Shown piece after piece: positions 1 through 7,636 of a DNA stretch of 32,000 bases. The notes under the pieces are model-generated. The model did no database searches, was not told the origin of the DNA, and worked only from the letters and a program-made list of their open reading frames with translations. Location: the NCBI RefSeq assembly GCF_016127575.1, contig NZ_CP066018.1:1560001-1592000 (forward strand), written 5' to 3'. Position numbers and translations under genes: made by a program. The DNA comes from Cupriavidus necator. GTDB lineage: Bacteria; Pseudomonadota; Gammaproteobacteria; Burkholderiales; Burkholderiaceae. How positions within the stretch are numbered: position 1 is the first letter of the stretch; each line of letters opens with the position of its first letter.

Positions 1-1835
1 GTACGGCGCCCGTCAATGCGCCGGCCTGGGTCAAGCACCCCAAGCTGGTGGCCTGGGTCGCGGAAATCGCCGCCCTGACCAAGCCTGACAATATCTATTG
101 GTGCGACGGCTCCCAGGAAGAATACGACCGCCTGTGCGAGCAGATGGTCGCCGCCGGCACCATGAAGCGGCTGAACCCGGCCAAGCGCAAGAATTCCTTC
201 CTGGCACTGTCGGACCCCTCGGACGTGGCGCGGGTGGAAGATCGCACCTTTATCTGCTCTGAAAAGCAGGAAGACGCCGGCCCCACCAACAACTGGACCG
301 CACCCGCCGAGATGCGCCAGACGCTGAACGGCCTGTTCGACGGCTGCATGCGCGGCCGCACGCTGTATGTGGTGCCGTTCTCGATGGGCCCGCTGGGTTC
401 GCCGATCGCCCATATTGGCGTGGAACTGTCCGATTCGCCGTATGTGGCGGTCAATATGCGCATCATGACGCGCATGGGCCGCGCCGTGTACGACGTGCTG
501 GGCACCAACGGCGAGTTCGTGCCGTGCGTGCACACCGTGGGCAAGCCGCTGGCCGCCGGCGAGCAGGACGTGGCCTGGCCGTGCAATCCGACCAAGTACA
601 TCGTCCATTTCCCGGAAACGCGCGAGATCTGGTCGTTCGGCTCCGGCTACGGCGGCAACGCGCTGCTGGGCAAGAAGTGCTTTGCACTGCGCATTGCATC
701 GACCATGGGCCGCGATGAAGGCTGGCTGGCCGAGCACATGCTGATCCTTGGCGTGACCTCGCCCGAGGGCAAGAAATACCACGTCGCCGCCGCGTTCCCG
801 TCGGCCTGCGGCAAGACCAACTTCGCCATGCTGATCCCGCCCAAGGGCTTCGAGGGCTGGAAGGTCACCACCATCGGCGACGACATCGCCTGGATCAAGC
901 CGGGCCAGGACGGCCGCCTGTACGCGATCAACCCGGAAGCCGGCTACTTCGGCGTGGCCCCGGGCACCAGCGAGAAGACCAACTACAACGCGATGGCGAC
1001 GCTGAAGGAAAACGTCATCTTCACCAACGTGGCGCTGACCGACGACGGCGACGTGTGGTGGGAAGGCATGACCAAGGAAGCGCCGGCGCACCTGATCGAC
1101 TGGCAGGGCAAGGACTGGACCCCGGAAATCGCCAAGGCCACCGGCGCCAAGGCTGCGCACCCGAACGCCCGCTTCACCGCGCCGGCATCGCAGTGCCCGT
1201 CGATCGACGACAACTGGGACAACCCGGCCGGCGTACCCATTGATGCGTTTATCTTCGGCGGCCGCCGCTCGACCACCGTGCCGCTGGTGACCGAGGCCCG
1301 CAACTGGACCGAAGGCGTCTACATGGCCGCCACCATGGGTTCGGAAACCACCGCCGCGGCCGCCGGCCAGCAGGGCGTGGTGCGCCGCGACCCGTTCGCC
1401 ATGCTGCCGTTCTGCGGCTACAACATGAGTGATTACTTCGGCCACTGGCTCGAACTCGGCAAGAAGCTGGAAGCCGCGGGCGCGAAACTGCCGAGGATTT
1501 ACTGCGTCAACTGGTTCCGCAAGGACGCCGACGGCAACTTCGTGTGGCCAGGCTTCGGCGAGAACATGCGCGTGCTGTCGTGGATGATCGACCGCGTGGA
1601 AGGCAAGGGGCAAGCCGCCGAGCATATGTTCGGCACTACCCCGCGCTACCAGGACTTGAACTGGAATGGCGTTGACTTCACACCGGCGCAGTTCGCGCAG
1701 GTGACTTCAATCGACCGTGAAGCGTGGCAGCAGGAGCTGGTGCTGCATGATGAGTTGTTCACCAAGCTGCGGCATCGGCTGCCGCAGGCGCTGGCGGATG
1801 TGCGGGCGGCGCTGGGCAAGCGGCTGGAAGGCTGA
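1..1835 (+). CDS. pckG: Phosphoenolpyruvate carboxykinase (GTP), 5'-partial
   Basis: The frame of ORF 48..1835 stays open back to base 3 ([16 protein letters not shown]...), so the true start is off-window. The translation carries GTP-PEPCK signatures: [37 protein letters not shown]. It is followed by a strong hairpin terminator. Confidence 0.95.
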   Translation, partial: TAPVNAPAWVKHPKLVAWVAEIAALTKPDNIYWCDGSQEEYDRLCEQMVAAGTMKRLNPAKRKNSFLALSDPSDVARVEDRTFICSEKQEDAGPTNNWTAPAEMRQTLNGLFDGCMRGRTLYVVPFSMGPLGSPIAHIGVELSDSPYVAVNMRIMTRMGRAVYDVLGTNGEFVPCVHTVGKPLAAGEQDVAWPCNPTKYIVHFPETREIWSFGSGYGGNALLGKKCFALRIASTMGRDEGWLAEHMLILGVTSPEGKKYHVAAAFPSACGKTNFAMLIPPKGFEGWKVTTIGDDIAWIKPGQDGRLYAINPEAGYFGVAPGTSEKTNYNAMATLKENVIFTNVALTDDGDVWWEGMTKEAPAHLIDWQGKDWTPEIAKATGAKAAHPNARFTAPASQCPSIDDNWDNPAGVPIDAFIFGGRRSTTVPLVTEARNWTEGVYMAATMGSETTAAAAGQQGVVRRDPFAMLPFCGYNMSDYFGHWLELGKKLEAAGAKLPRIYCVNWFRKDADGNFVWPGFGENMRVLSWMIDRVEGKGQAAEHMFGTTPRYQDLNWNGVDFTPAQFAQVTSIDREAWQQELVLHDELFTKLRHRLPQALADVRAALGKRLEG

Positions 1836-1867
1836 TCGCGCCACGGTTCGCGCAGTTCGCAATAAAG

Positions 1868-1900
1868 ACGCCCGTCTCTGCCGAGACGGGCGTTTTTTTT
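1868..1900. terminator. Bidirectional rho-independent terminator between convergent pckG and the response regulator gene
   Basis: 11-bp stem ACGCCCGTCTC / GAGACGGGCGT with loop TGCC, followed by T8 (1893-1900). The opposite strand has a T-rich tail (CTTTATT). The regulator stop codon (1899-1901) lies inside the T tract. Confidence 0.8.
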
Positions 1901-2573
1901 ATCCCGCCTCGCTATCCCCCAGCGTCTCCACTGCGTACTTCACCAACCCCGCCCGCCCCTCGATCCCCAGCTTGCGCTTCAGGTTCAGCCGGTGCGTCTC
2001 CACCGTGCGCACCGAAACCCCCAGCTGCGCCGCGATCTCCTTGTTGGCCAGGCCCCGCCCGATGCCGCGCAGGATGTCGCGCTCGCGCGGCGTGAGCGCA
2101 TCGAGCGGCCCTGCGGCGGGGCTCTGCTCGGCCATGCCGCGCGCAATGCGGGCGCTGTAGAAGACCCGTCCGGCCAGCACGGACTGGATCGCCGCCATCA
2201 GCTCGTCGGCGGGCGCGTCCTTGAGCACATAGCCGCGCGCACCCGCACGCACCGCCTGGCGCACGTATTCCAGGTTGTCGTGCATCGACACGATCAGCAC
2301 CGCCAGTTCCGGATAGCGGTCATGCAGCGCCGCGGCCAGGGCAATGCCGCCCATGCCGCGCATGCCGATATCGGTGATGACCAGGTCGGGCAGCTCGGCG
2401 GCACCGGCTCGGTCCAGCCACGCCAGCGCGGCCTCGCCGTCGTCGGCTTCACCGACCACGCGCAGGCCGGGCTGCAGCGCCAGATGCATGCGCATTCCGT
2501 CGCGCACCAGCGCATGGTCGTCGATCAGTAATACGCGGGCGGGCACTTCGGCGGAGTCGGCTAGCTGGGTCAT
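1899..2573 (-). CDS. NarL/FixJ (LuxR-type HTH) family response regulator
   Basis: Receiver domain (RVLLIDDHALVRDG, DLVITDIGMRGMGG) plus a C-terminal GerE/LuxR HTH (LTPRERDILRGIGRGLANKEIAAQLGVSVRTVETHRLNLKRKLG). I chose the ATG at 2573 (MTQLADS). It overlaps the kinase stop as ATGA, which suggests translational coupling. The track start at 2690 would run into the kinase gene. Confidence 0.9.
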   Translation of the reverse strand: MTQLADSAEVPARVLLIDDHALVRDGMRMHLALQPGLRVVGEADDGEAALAWLDRAGAAELPDLVITDIGMRGMGGIALAAALHDRYPELAVLIVSMHDNLEYVRQAVRAGARGYVLKDAPADELMAAIQSVLAGRVFYSARIARGMAEQSPAAGPLDALTPRERDILRGIGRGLANKEIAAQLGVSVRTVETHRLNLKRKLGIEGRAGLVKYAVETLGDSEAG

Positions 2574-3976
2574 GACGGCGAGGGTCCTGCTGAAACGGGA
2601 TCGTGCGCAATGGCCGCGGGCCTGGCCAGCGGCAGTGAAGCGACCAGCTGGGTGCCGCCCATGCCCGAAACGATGTCGAACTGCCCGCACAGCGCGGCGA
2701 TGCGCTCGCGCAGGTTGCGCAGTCCGATGCCGCGCTGCGGGTCCTCCTGCATGCGCGCCACGTCGAAGCCATGCCCGTCGTCGCGCACGGTGAGGCGCGT
2801 GGCATCGGCATCGAAGGCCAGCGCCACCACGACCCGGCGCGCGCCGGCATGGCGCTCGACGTTGGTCAAGGCTTCCTGGGCGATCCGGAACAGCGCCGTG
2901 GCCTGCTCGTCGGGCAGTTCGCGCGGGGTGCCGCTCTGAGTCACCGCAATTTCCAGCCCGCTGCCGCCCTGCATCTCGCGCGCCAGGTGCTGCAGCGCGG
3001 CGTACAGGCCCAGGTCGTCGAGCAGGGCGGGGCGCAGGTTGCGCGCCACGCGGCGCACTTCATTGAACACGGTATCGAGCCGGTTCAGCGCCATGCCCAG
3101 CACCGGCGCCACCGCGGCGCCTTCGGCCGGGGCCAGGCGCAGGCGGTTGGTGGCGGTTTCCAGCACCAGCTTGACCGACACCAGCAGCTGGCTGATGCCG
3201 TCGTGCAGCTCGCGCGAGAGCCGGGCGCGCTCTTCTTCCTGCGACTGCACCACGCGCTGCGCCAGCTGGCGCAGCTTGGCGTCGGCCTCGCGGTGCTCGC
3301 TGACGTTCAGCGCCAGGCCGCTGGCGGCGACCAGCAGGATGCTGATGCCGGCAATCACGCCGATCCAGGCCATGGTCTGGCGGATATCGGTCTCGGCACG
3401 GGCATCGAGCTGGCGCAGCGTGCTTTCCACGTCATCCAGGTAGATGCCGGTGCCCACCATCCAGCCCCATTCGGGCACCGCCACCACATAGCCGAGCTTG
3501 GGCGCCAGCTGCTGCGACGAGGGCTTTCTCCACAGGTAGCGCACCGCGCCGCCACCGCCCTTGGCTGCGGCAATCAGTTGCTGGATGGTCAGCGCGCCCT
3601 GCGGGTCGCGCAGCGTCCACAGGTCCTGGCCGACCAGTTCGGGCTGGCGCGGGTGCATCAGGTTGCGGCCGTGCAGGTCATACAGGAAGAAATAGCCGTC
3701 GGGGCCGTAGTCCAGCCGCGCAAGTGCCTCCATCGCGGCCTGCCGGGTGGCGGCGTCGGTGCGCCCGGAGCGCACCAGCGGCGCGATCGCGCTCTGCGCC
3801 AGTTCTACGTAGTGGCGCAGCTCGGTTTCCTTGCTCTGCAGGTAGGCGGCCTCGACCAGCGCGCGTTCATGCTGCGCGAGCTGCGTGGCCTGGAAGCGCA
3901 CGGCAAGTGCGATGCCCAGCATGGCAACCGCAAGTGGCGCCACGGCTAGCAACAGGATCTTCTGGCGGAGTTTCAT
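2570..3976 (-). CDS. Sensor histidine kinase with periplasmic single-Cache (sCache_2-like) domain, HisKA_3 and HATPase domains
   Basis: This is the C-terminal 468 codons of track ORF 2570..6277, starting at MKLRQKILLLAVAPLAVAMLG (TM1). The Cache-like periplasmic region reads YFFLYDLHGRNLMHPRQPELVGQDLW...GYVVAVPEWGWMVGTGIYLDDV. TM2 is WIGVIAGISILLVAASGLAL. The HisKA_3 H-box is LSRELHDGISQLL. ATPase motifs are NVERHAG, DDGHGF and GIGLRNLRERI. Confidence 0.9.
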   Translation of the reverse strand: MKLRQKILLLAVAPLAVAMLGIALAVRFQATQLAQHERALVEAAYLQSKETELRHYVELAQSAIAPLVRSGRTDAATRQAAMEALARLDYGPDGYFFLYDLHGRNLMHPRQPELVGQDLWTLRDPQGALTIQQLIAAAKGGGGAVRYLWRKPSSQQLAPKLGYVVAVPEWGWMVGTGIYLDDVESTLRQLDARAETDIRQTMAWIGVIAGISILLVAASGLALNVSEHREADAKLRQLAQRVVQSQEEERARLSRELHDGISQLLVSVKLVLETATNRLRLAPAEGAAVAPVLGMALNRLDTVFNEVRRVARNLRPALLDDLGLYAALQHLAREMQGGSGLEIAVTQSGTPRELPDEQATALFRIAQEALTNVERHAGARRVVVALAFDADATRLTVRDDGHGFDVARMQEDPQRGIGLRNLRERIAALCGQFDIVSGMGGTQLVASLPLARPAAIAHDPVSAGPSPS

Positions 3977-4038
3977 ACGAGTGCGGGGGGACCGGGGGTA
4001 AACACCGATGCCGCGCAGGCGGCATGCCACCGTCGATT

Positions 4039-4075
4039 TGCGTAGTACTACGCAGAAGTGCTGCGTAGTTACGCG
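4039..4075. promoter_or_regulatory. Candidate operator: perfect 16-bp palindrome plus a related 12-bp palindrome, possibly bound by the adjacent NarL-type regulator
   Basis: TGCGTAGTACTACGCA (4039-4054) is a perfect 7-2-7 inverted repeat. GCGTAGTTACGC (4064-4075) repeats the GCGTA/TACGC arms with a 2-bp centre. A related half-site, TACTACACG, lies at 4102-4110. All sit in the 405-bp divergent region between the kinase and cstA. Confidence 0.4.
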
Positions 4076-4381
4076 CTTGTGCGGGGTTTGGCGGGTGTCA
4101 ATACTACACGCCGAACGCGCCGCCGCCCCAGCAGGGCGCATGCGCGGACGCAGCTGGTGCACCGTCCACACCCGGACGGTGCGTCGCCTGCCTGCAAGAC
4201 GAGATCCGGAAACGACGACACAACCGGGCGCGCAGCAGCTATCCCAGGAGACACCCTCACCGCCGGATTGCCCCCGCTGCCCGCCCTCGGCGCACCCCCG
4301 CTGCCGATCCTGCCAGTTGCCTGTTACCAGTCTTTCGCCGCCGCAGGCTATCCATATCCCGGTCTGAGGAGACCCTTCACT

Positions 4382-6454
4382 ATGAATCGCATCGGAGAAC
4401 ACCTGGTGTGGCTGGCTGTCGCCGTCCTTGGCGCGTTTGCCTTCGGCACTGTCGCGCTGGCGCGCGGCGAGGCCGTCAGCGCGCTGTGGATCGTGGTTGC
4501 CGCGCTCTGCATCTACCTGATCGCCTACCGCTACTACAGCCGCTTTATCGCCGACAAGGTGATGCAGCTCGATCCCAAACGGATGACGCCCGCGTGGCGC
4601 CATAACGACGGCCTGGACTACGTGCCGACCAACAAGGCGGTGCTGTTCGGCCACCACTTCGCCGCCATCGCCGGCGCCGGCCCGCTGGTCGGCCCGGTGC
4701 TGGCCGCGCAGATGGGCTATATGCCGGGCATGCTGTGGCTGCTCGCCGGCGTGGTGTTCGCCGGCGCGGTGCAGGACTTCATGGTGCTGTTCATCTCCAC
4801 GCGCCGCGACGGCCGCTCGCTGGGCGACCTGGTCAAGTCCGAGATGGGCACGATCCCGGGCATGATCGCGCTGTTCGGCTGCTTCATGATCATGGTCATC
4901 ATCCTGGCGGTGCTGGCGCTGATCGTGGTGAAGGCGCTGGCCGACTCGCCGTGGGGCACGTTCACCGTGGCGGTGACGATCCCGATCGCGCTGTTCATGG
5001 GCATCTATACGCGCTATATCCGCCCGGGCCGCATCGGCGAGGTGTCGGTGATCGGCTTCGTGCTGCTGATGCTGGCCATCATCGGCGGCCAGTACGTACA
5101 CGAGAGCGCCGTGCTGGCGCCGCTGTTCACCTATGACGGCAAGGCGCTGACGTGGATGCTGATCATCTACGGCTTTATCGCCGCCGTGCTGCCAGTGTGG
5201 CTGCTGCTGGCGCCGCGCGACTACTTGTCGACCTTCCTGAAGATCGGCACCATCATCGCGCTGGCGGTCGGCATCCTGATCGTCGCCCCGGACCTGAAGA
5301 TGCCGGCCTTCACGCAGTTCGCGCAAGGCGGCGGACCGGTGTGGTCGGGCAACCTGTTTCCGTTCCTCTTCATCACCATCGCCTGCGGCGCGGTGTCGGG
5401 CTTCCACGCGCTGATCTCGTCGGGCACCACGCCCAAGCTGCTGGAGAACGAGACCCACGCGCGCTTTATCGGCTACGGAGCGATGCTGGCTGAATCGTTC
5501 GTCGCGATCATGGCACTGGTAGCCGCCTCGGTGATCGAGCCGGGCGTGTACTTCGCCATGAACAGCCCGGCGGCCGTGATCGGCACCACGCCGGAAGCGG
5601 TGGCGCACGCGGTCTCGACCTGGGGCTTCGTGATCACGCCTGACGTGCTGGTGCAGACCGCCAAGGACGTCGGCGAAAACACCATCCTCTCGCGCGCCGG
5701 CGGCGCGCCGACGCTGGCCGTGGGCATCGCCCATATCCTGCACCAGGTGGTGGGCGGCCAGGCCATGATGGCGTTCTGGTACCACTTCGCCATCCTGTTC
5801 GAGGCGCTGTTCATCCTGACCGCCGTCGACGCGGGCACCCGCGCCGGCCGCTTCATGCTGCAGGACCTGCTGGGCAGCTTTATCCCGTCGATGCGCAAGA
5901 CCGATTCGCTGGTCGCCAACCTGACCGCCACCGCGCTGTGCGTGGCGGCATGGGGTTACTTCCTGTACCAGGGCGTGGTCGATCCGCTGGGCGGCATCAA
6001 CACGCTGTGGCCGCTGTTCGGCATCTCCAACCAGATGCTCGCCGCGGTGGCGCTGGTGCTGGGCACCTGCGTGCTGGTCAAAATGAAGCGCGGCCAGTAC
6101 GCCTGGGTCACGCTGGTGCCGACCGTGTGGCTGCTGATCTGCACGCTGACCGCCGGCTGGCAGAAGCTGTTCCATGCCGACCCCAAGGTCAGCTTCCTGA
6201 CCCACGCCGCCAAGTTCAGCGCCGCCATTGCCGAAGGCAAGGTGCTGGCCCCGGCCAAGTCGATGGAGCAGATGCACCGCATCGTCTTCAACGACTACCT
6301 GGACGCCGGCCTGTGCGCGCTGTTCATGCTGGTGGTGCTGTCGATCGTGTTCTACGGCTTCAAGACCGCGCTGCAGGCGCGCGCCGCGAAGCGCCCGACC
6401 GACAAGGAAACGCCGTTCGAGCCGCTGCCGGGCGCCGCCTCGGCCCAGTCCTGA
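4382..6454 (+). CDS. cstA: Carbon starvation protein A family transporter (CstA/BtsT-type pyruvate/peptide transporter)
   Basis: 690-aa polytopic membrane protein. The N-terminus MNRIGEHLVWLAVAVLGAFAFG...YRYYSRFIADKV and the motifs FGHHFAAIAGAGPLVGPVLAAQ, CGAVSGFHALISSGTTPK and LFGISNQMLA are typical of CstA. GAGGAG lies 10 nt upstream of the ATG at 4382. The track start at 4058 adds an Arg/Pro-rich leader that looks non-coding. Confidence 0.95.
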   Translation: MNRIGEHLVWLAVAVLGAFAFGTVALARGEAVSALWIVVAALCIYLIAYRYYSRFIADKVMQLDPKRMTPAWRHNDGLDYVPTNKAVLFGHHFAAIAGAGPLVGPVLAAQMGYMPGMLWLLAGVVFAGAVQDFMVLFISTRRDGRSLGDLVKSEMGTIPGMIALFGCFMIMVIILAVLALIVVKALADSPWGTFTVAVTIPIALFMGIYTRYIRPGRIGEVSVIGFVLLMLAIIGGQYVHESAVLAPLFTYDGKALTWMLIIYGFIAAVLPVWLLLAPRDYLSTFLKIGTIIALAVGILIVAPDLKMPAFTQFAQGGGPVWSGNLFPFLFITIACGAVSGFHALISSGTTPKLLENETHARFIGYGAMLAESFVAIMALVAASVIEPGVYFAMNSPAAVIGTTPEAVAHAVSTWGFVITPDVLVQTAKDVGENTILSRAGGAPTLAVGIAHILHQVVGGQAMMAFWYHFAILFEALFILTAVDAGTRAGRFMLQDLLGSFIPSMRKTDSLVANLTATALCVAAWGYFLYQGVVDPLGGINTLWPLFGISNQMLAAVALVLGTCVLVKMKRGQYAWVTLVPTVWLLICTLTAGWQKLFHADPKVSFLTHAAKFSAAIAEGKVLAPAKSMEQMHRIVFNDYLDAGLCALFMLVVLSIVFYGFKTALQARAAKRPTDKETPFEPLPGAASAQS

Positions 6455-6468
6455 TACCGGAGCCCGCC

Positions 6469-6663
6469 ATGCTGGAACAACTCGGAACGATGGGACGCTA
6501 CCTGGGGCAGTCGCTCAGGCTGATGGTCGGGCTGCCCGACTACCAGACCTACGTGGCCCATATGGAAAGCACCCACCCCGACCGCGAGCCGATGAGCTAC
6601 GAGGAATTCTTCCGCGAGCGCCAGGAGGCACGCTACGGCGGCGGGCAGGGCAAGTGCTGCTGA
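6469..6663 (+). CDS. ybdD: YbdD/YjiX family small protein (DUF466)
   Basis: 64 aa, MLEQLGTMGRYLGQSLRLMVGLPDYQTYVAHMESTHPDREPMSYEEFFRERQEARYGGGQGKCC, with the characteristic PDY..YV.H....HP and C-terminal CC. It starts 14 nt after the cstA stop, the usual cstA-ybdD arrangement. Confidence 0.85.
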   Translation: MLEQLGTMGRYLGQSLRLMVGLPDYQTYVAHMESTHPDREPMSYEEFFRERQEARYGGGQGKCC

Positions 6664-6710
6664 GCACACGCTGAACGCCGTCCTCCTGCGGGGCCGGCGG
6701 CATACAAAGC

Positions 6711-6743
6711 AGACAGGCGATCACTTGATCGCCTGTCTTTTTA
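6711..6743 (+). terminator. Rho-independent terminator of cstA-ybdD
   Basis: 12-bp perfect stem AGACAGGCGATC / GATCGCCTGTCT, loop ACTT, followed by TTTTT. Confidence 0.85.
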
Positions 6744-6791
6744 TCAAGTGTTGCGTGTTTACCGCGCTTTTGTAATGCACGGATACCGTTT

Positions 6792-6827
6792 CTGTAGCGG
6801 GTTACAGGGCTTTACAGGTAGTTACAG
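6792..6827 (+). promoter_or_regulatory. Phased TTACAG repeats (candidate winged-helix/OmpR-type regulator site) upstream of the glycine-zipper gene
   Basis: TTACAG occurs at 6802-6807, 6812-6817 and 6822-6827, exactly 10 bp apart (GTTACAGGGC TTTACAGGTA GTTACAGCAA). An inverted CTGTA lies at 6792-6796. Related GTTTAC (6757) and TGTAAT (6771) lie upstream. The array is 60-95 bp upstream of the ATG at 6888. Confidence 0.4.
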
Positions 6828-6887
6828 CAAGGGTGCGGCTCCTTCTCTACACTTGCGACACATCATGGCAATTCGAGGAAAAAAGAT

Positions 6888-7343
6888 ATGACTCGCCATC
6901 CCGTTCGCAATCTGACCATTGCCCTCGCCCTGGCGGCCTGCGCGCTGCCGGCCGTCGCGAGTGACATGAACAACGCCCTGGGCGGCGCACTCGGCGGCGT
7001 CGCCGGTGCCGCGGTGGGCGGCGCGCTGGGCGGCAGCACCGGCGCAGTGATCGGTGGTGCAGTGGGCGGCGGCGCCGGTGGCGCAGTGACCTCCAACCGC
7101 CGTGAGCGCACCGGTGCCATCATCGGCGGCGCGCTGGGTGGCGGTGCCGGCACCGCAGCTGGCAACGCCATGGGCGGCCGCACCGGTGGCCTGATCGGCG
7201 CCGGCCTGGGCGGCGGCGCGGGTGCGGCGCTGGGCGGCAATGTCTCGCGCAGCAACTCGTACGACGATGACCACCGCCGCTATTACAAGAGCAGCTACAA
7301 GCGCAAGAAGCACAAGCACCATCGCCACCACTACGACGACTAA
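6888..7343 (+). CDS. Glycine-zipper (OsmB/Pcp-like) secreted or lipoprotein with basic His/Lys/Tyr-rich C-terminal tail
   Basis: Signal sequence MTRHPVRNLTIALALAACALPAVA has a possible lipobox (LAAC) or an AVA-SD cleavage site. The body is repeated GGALGG/GGAVGG glycine zippers. The tail is SYDDDHRRYYKSSYKRKKHKHHRHHYDD. An AGGA-type RBS lies 8-12 nt upstream, and a terminator follows. Confidence 0.8.
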   Translation: MTRHPVRNLTIALALAACALPAVASDMNNALGGALGGVAGAAVGGALGGSTGAVIGGAVGGGAGGAVTSNRRERTGAIIGGALGGGAGTAAGNAMGGRTGGLIGAGLGGGAGAALGGNVSRSNSYDDDHRRYYKSSYKRKKHKHHRHHYDD

Positions 7344-7362
7344 GAAGTCGTAGTGGTCAGCA

Positions 7363-7387
7363 AAACGGGCCGTCATGGCCCGTTTTT
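7363..7387 (+). terminator. Rho-independent terminator of the glycine-zipper gene
   Basis: Stem AAACGGGCC / GGCCCGTTT, loop GTCAT, followed by a T5 run. Confidence 0.75.
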
Positions 7388-7451
7388 CATTTGCGGCGTC
7401 TGGCATAATCATTCGCCAGTGCTTGCAAAGCCGCCGGATGCAGAAACAAAG

Positions 7452-7485
7452 AAGCCCGCAACCGGAACCGGTGCGGGCTTTTTCT
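7452..7485. terminator. Second hairpin terminator, bidirectional; probably terminates the minus-strand small repeat-protein gene
   Basis: AAGCCCGCAACCGG AA CCGGTGCGGGCTT forms a 13-bp stem with one bulge. TTTTCT follows on the plus strand and TTCTTTGTTTCTG follows on the minus strand. Confidence 0.6.
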
Positions 7486-7636
7486 CCAATAAAGGCGGAG
7501 AGGCTGCAAGGCGCTCCCCCAAGGACCTGTGGAGACCAGGTTTGAAGCAGGCGGGGCCGCACAAGCGGAGGAAGCGGCCCCGGGATCGCGCTGCCAGAGA
7601 CCGCCGGGGAGGCAGGCCTGAGGCGGCCAGGCGGCC

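Noticed and set aside
3977-4381. Search for a sigma-54 (TGGCAC-N5-TTGC) promoter or a clear sigma-70 promoter for cstA.
   Set aside because: No GG-N10-GC element with correct spacing was found, and no -35/-10 pair with 16-18 bp spacing was convincing. I therefore annotated no promoter.
3977-6277. The upstream 767 codons of track ORF 2570..6277 (minus strand), which would make a 1235-aa protein.
   Set aside because: This part is antisense to cstA and its upstream region. It is dominated by Arg, His, Gln, Ala, Gly and Asp, as expected for a shadow frame in high-GC DNA. The real kinase has a clear start (MKLRQK, then a TM helix) at 3976.
6792-6807. CTGT-AGCGGGTT-ACAG, which fits the LexA SOS-box spacing CTGT-N8-ACAG.
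   Set aside because: The spacer is GC-rich, whereas SOS boxes are typically AT-rich. The flanks lack the TA of TACTGT...ACAGTA. The downstream gene is an envelope protein. The ACAG half also belongs to a 3x phased TTACAG array that explains it better. Kept only as an alternative to test.
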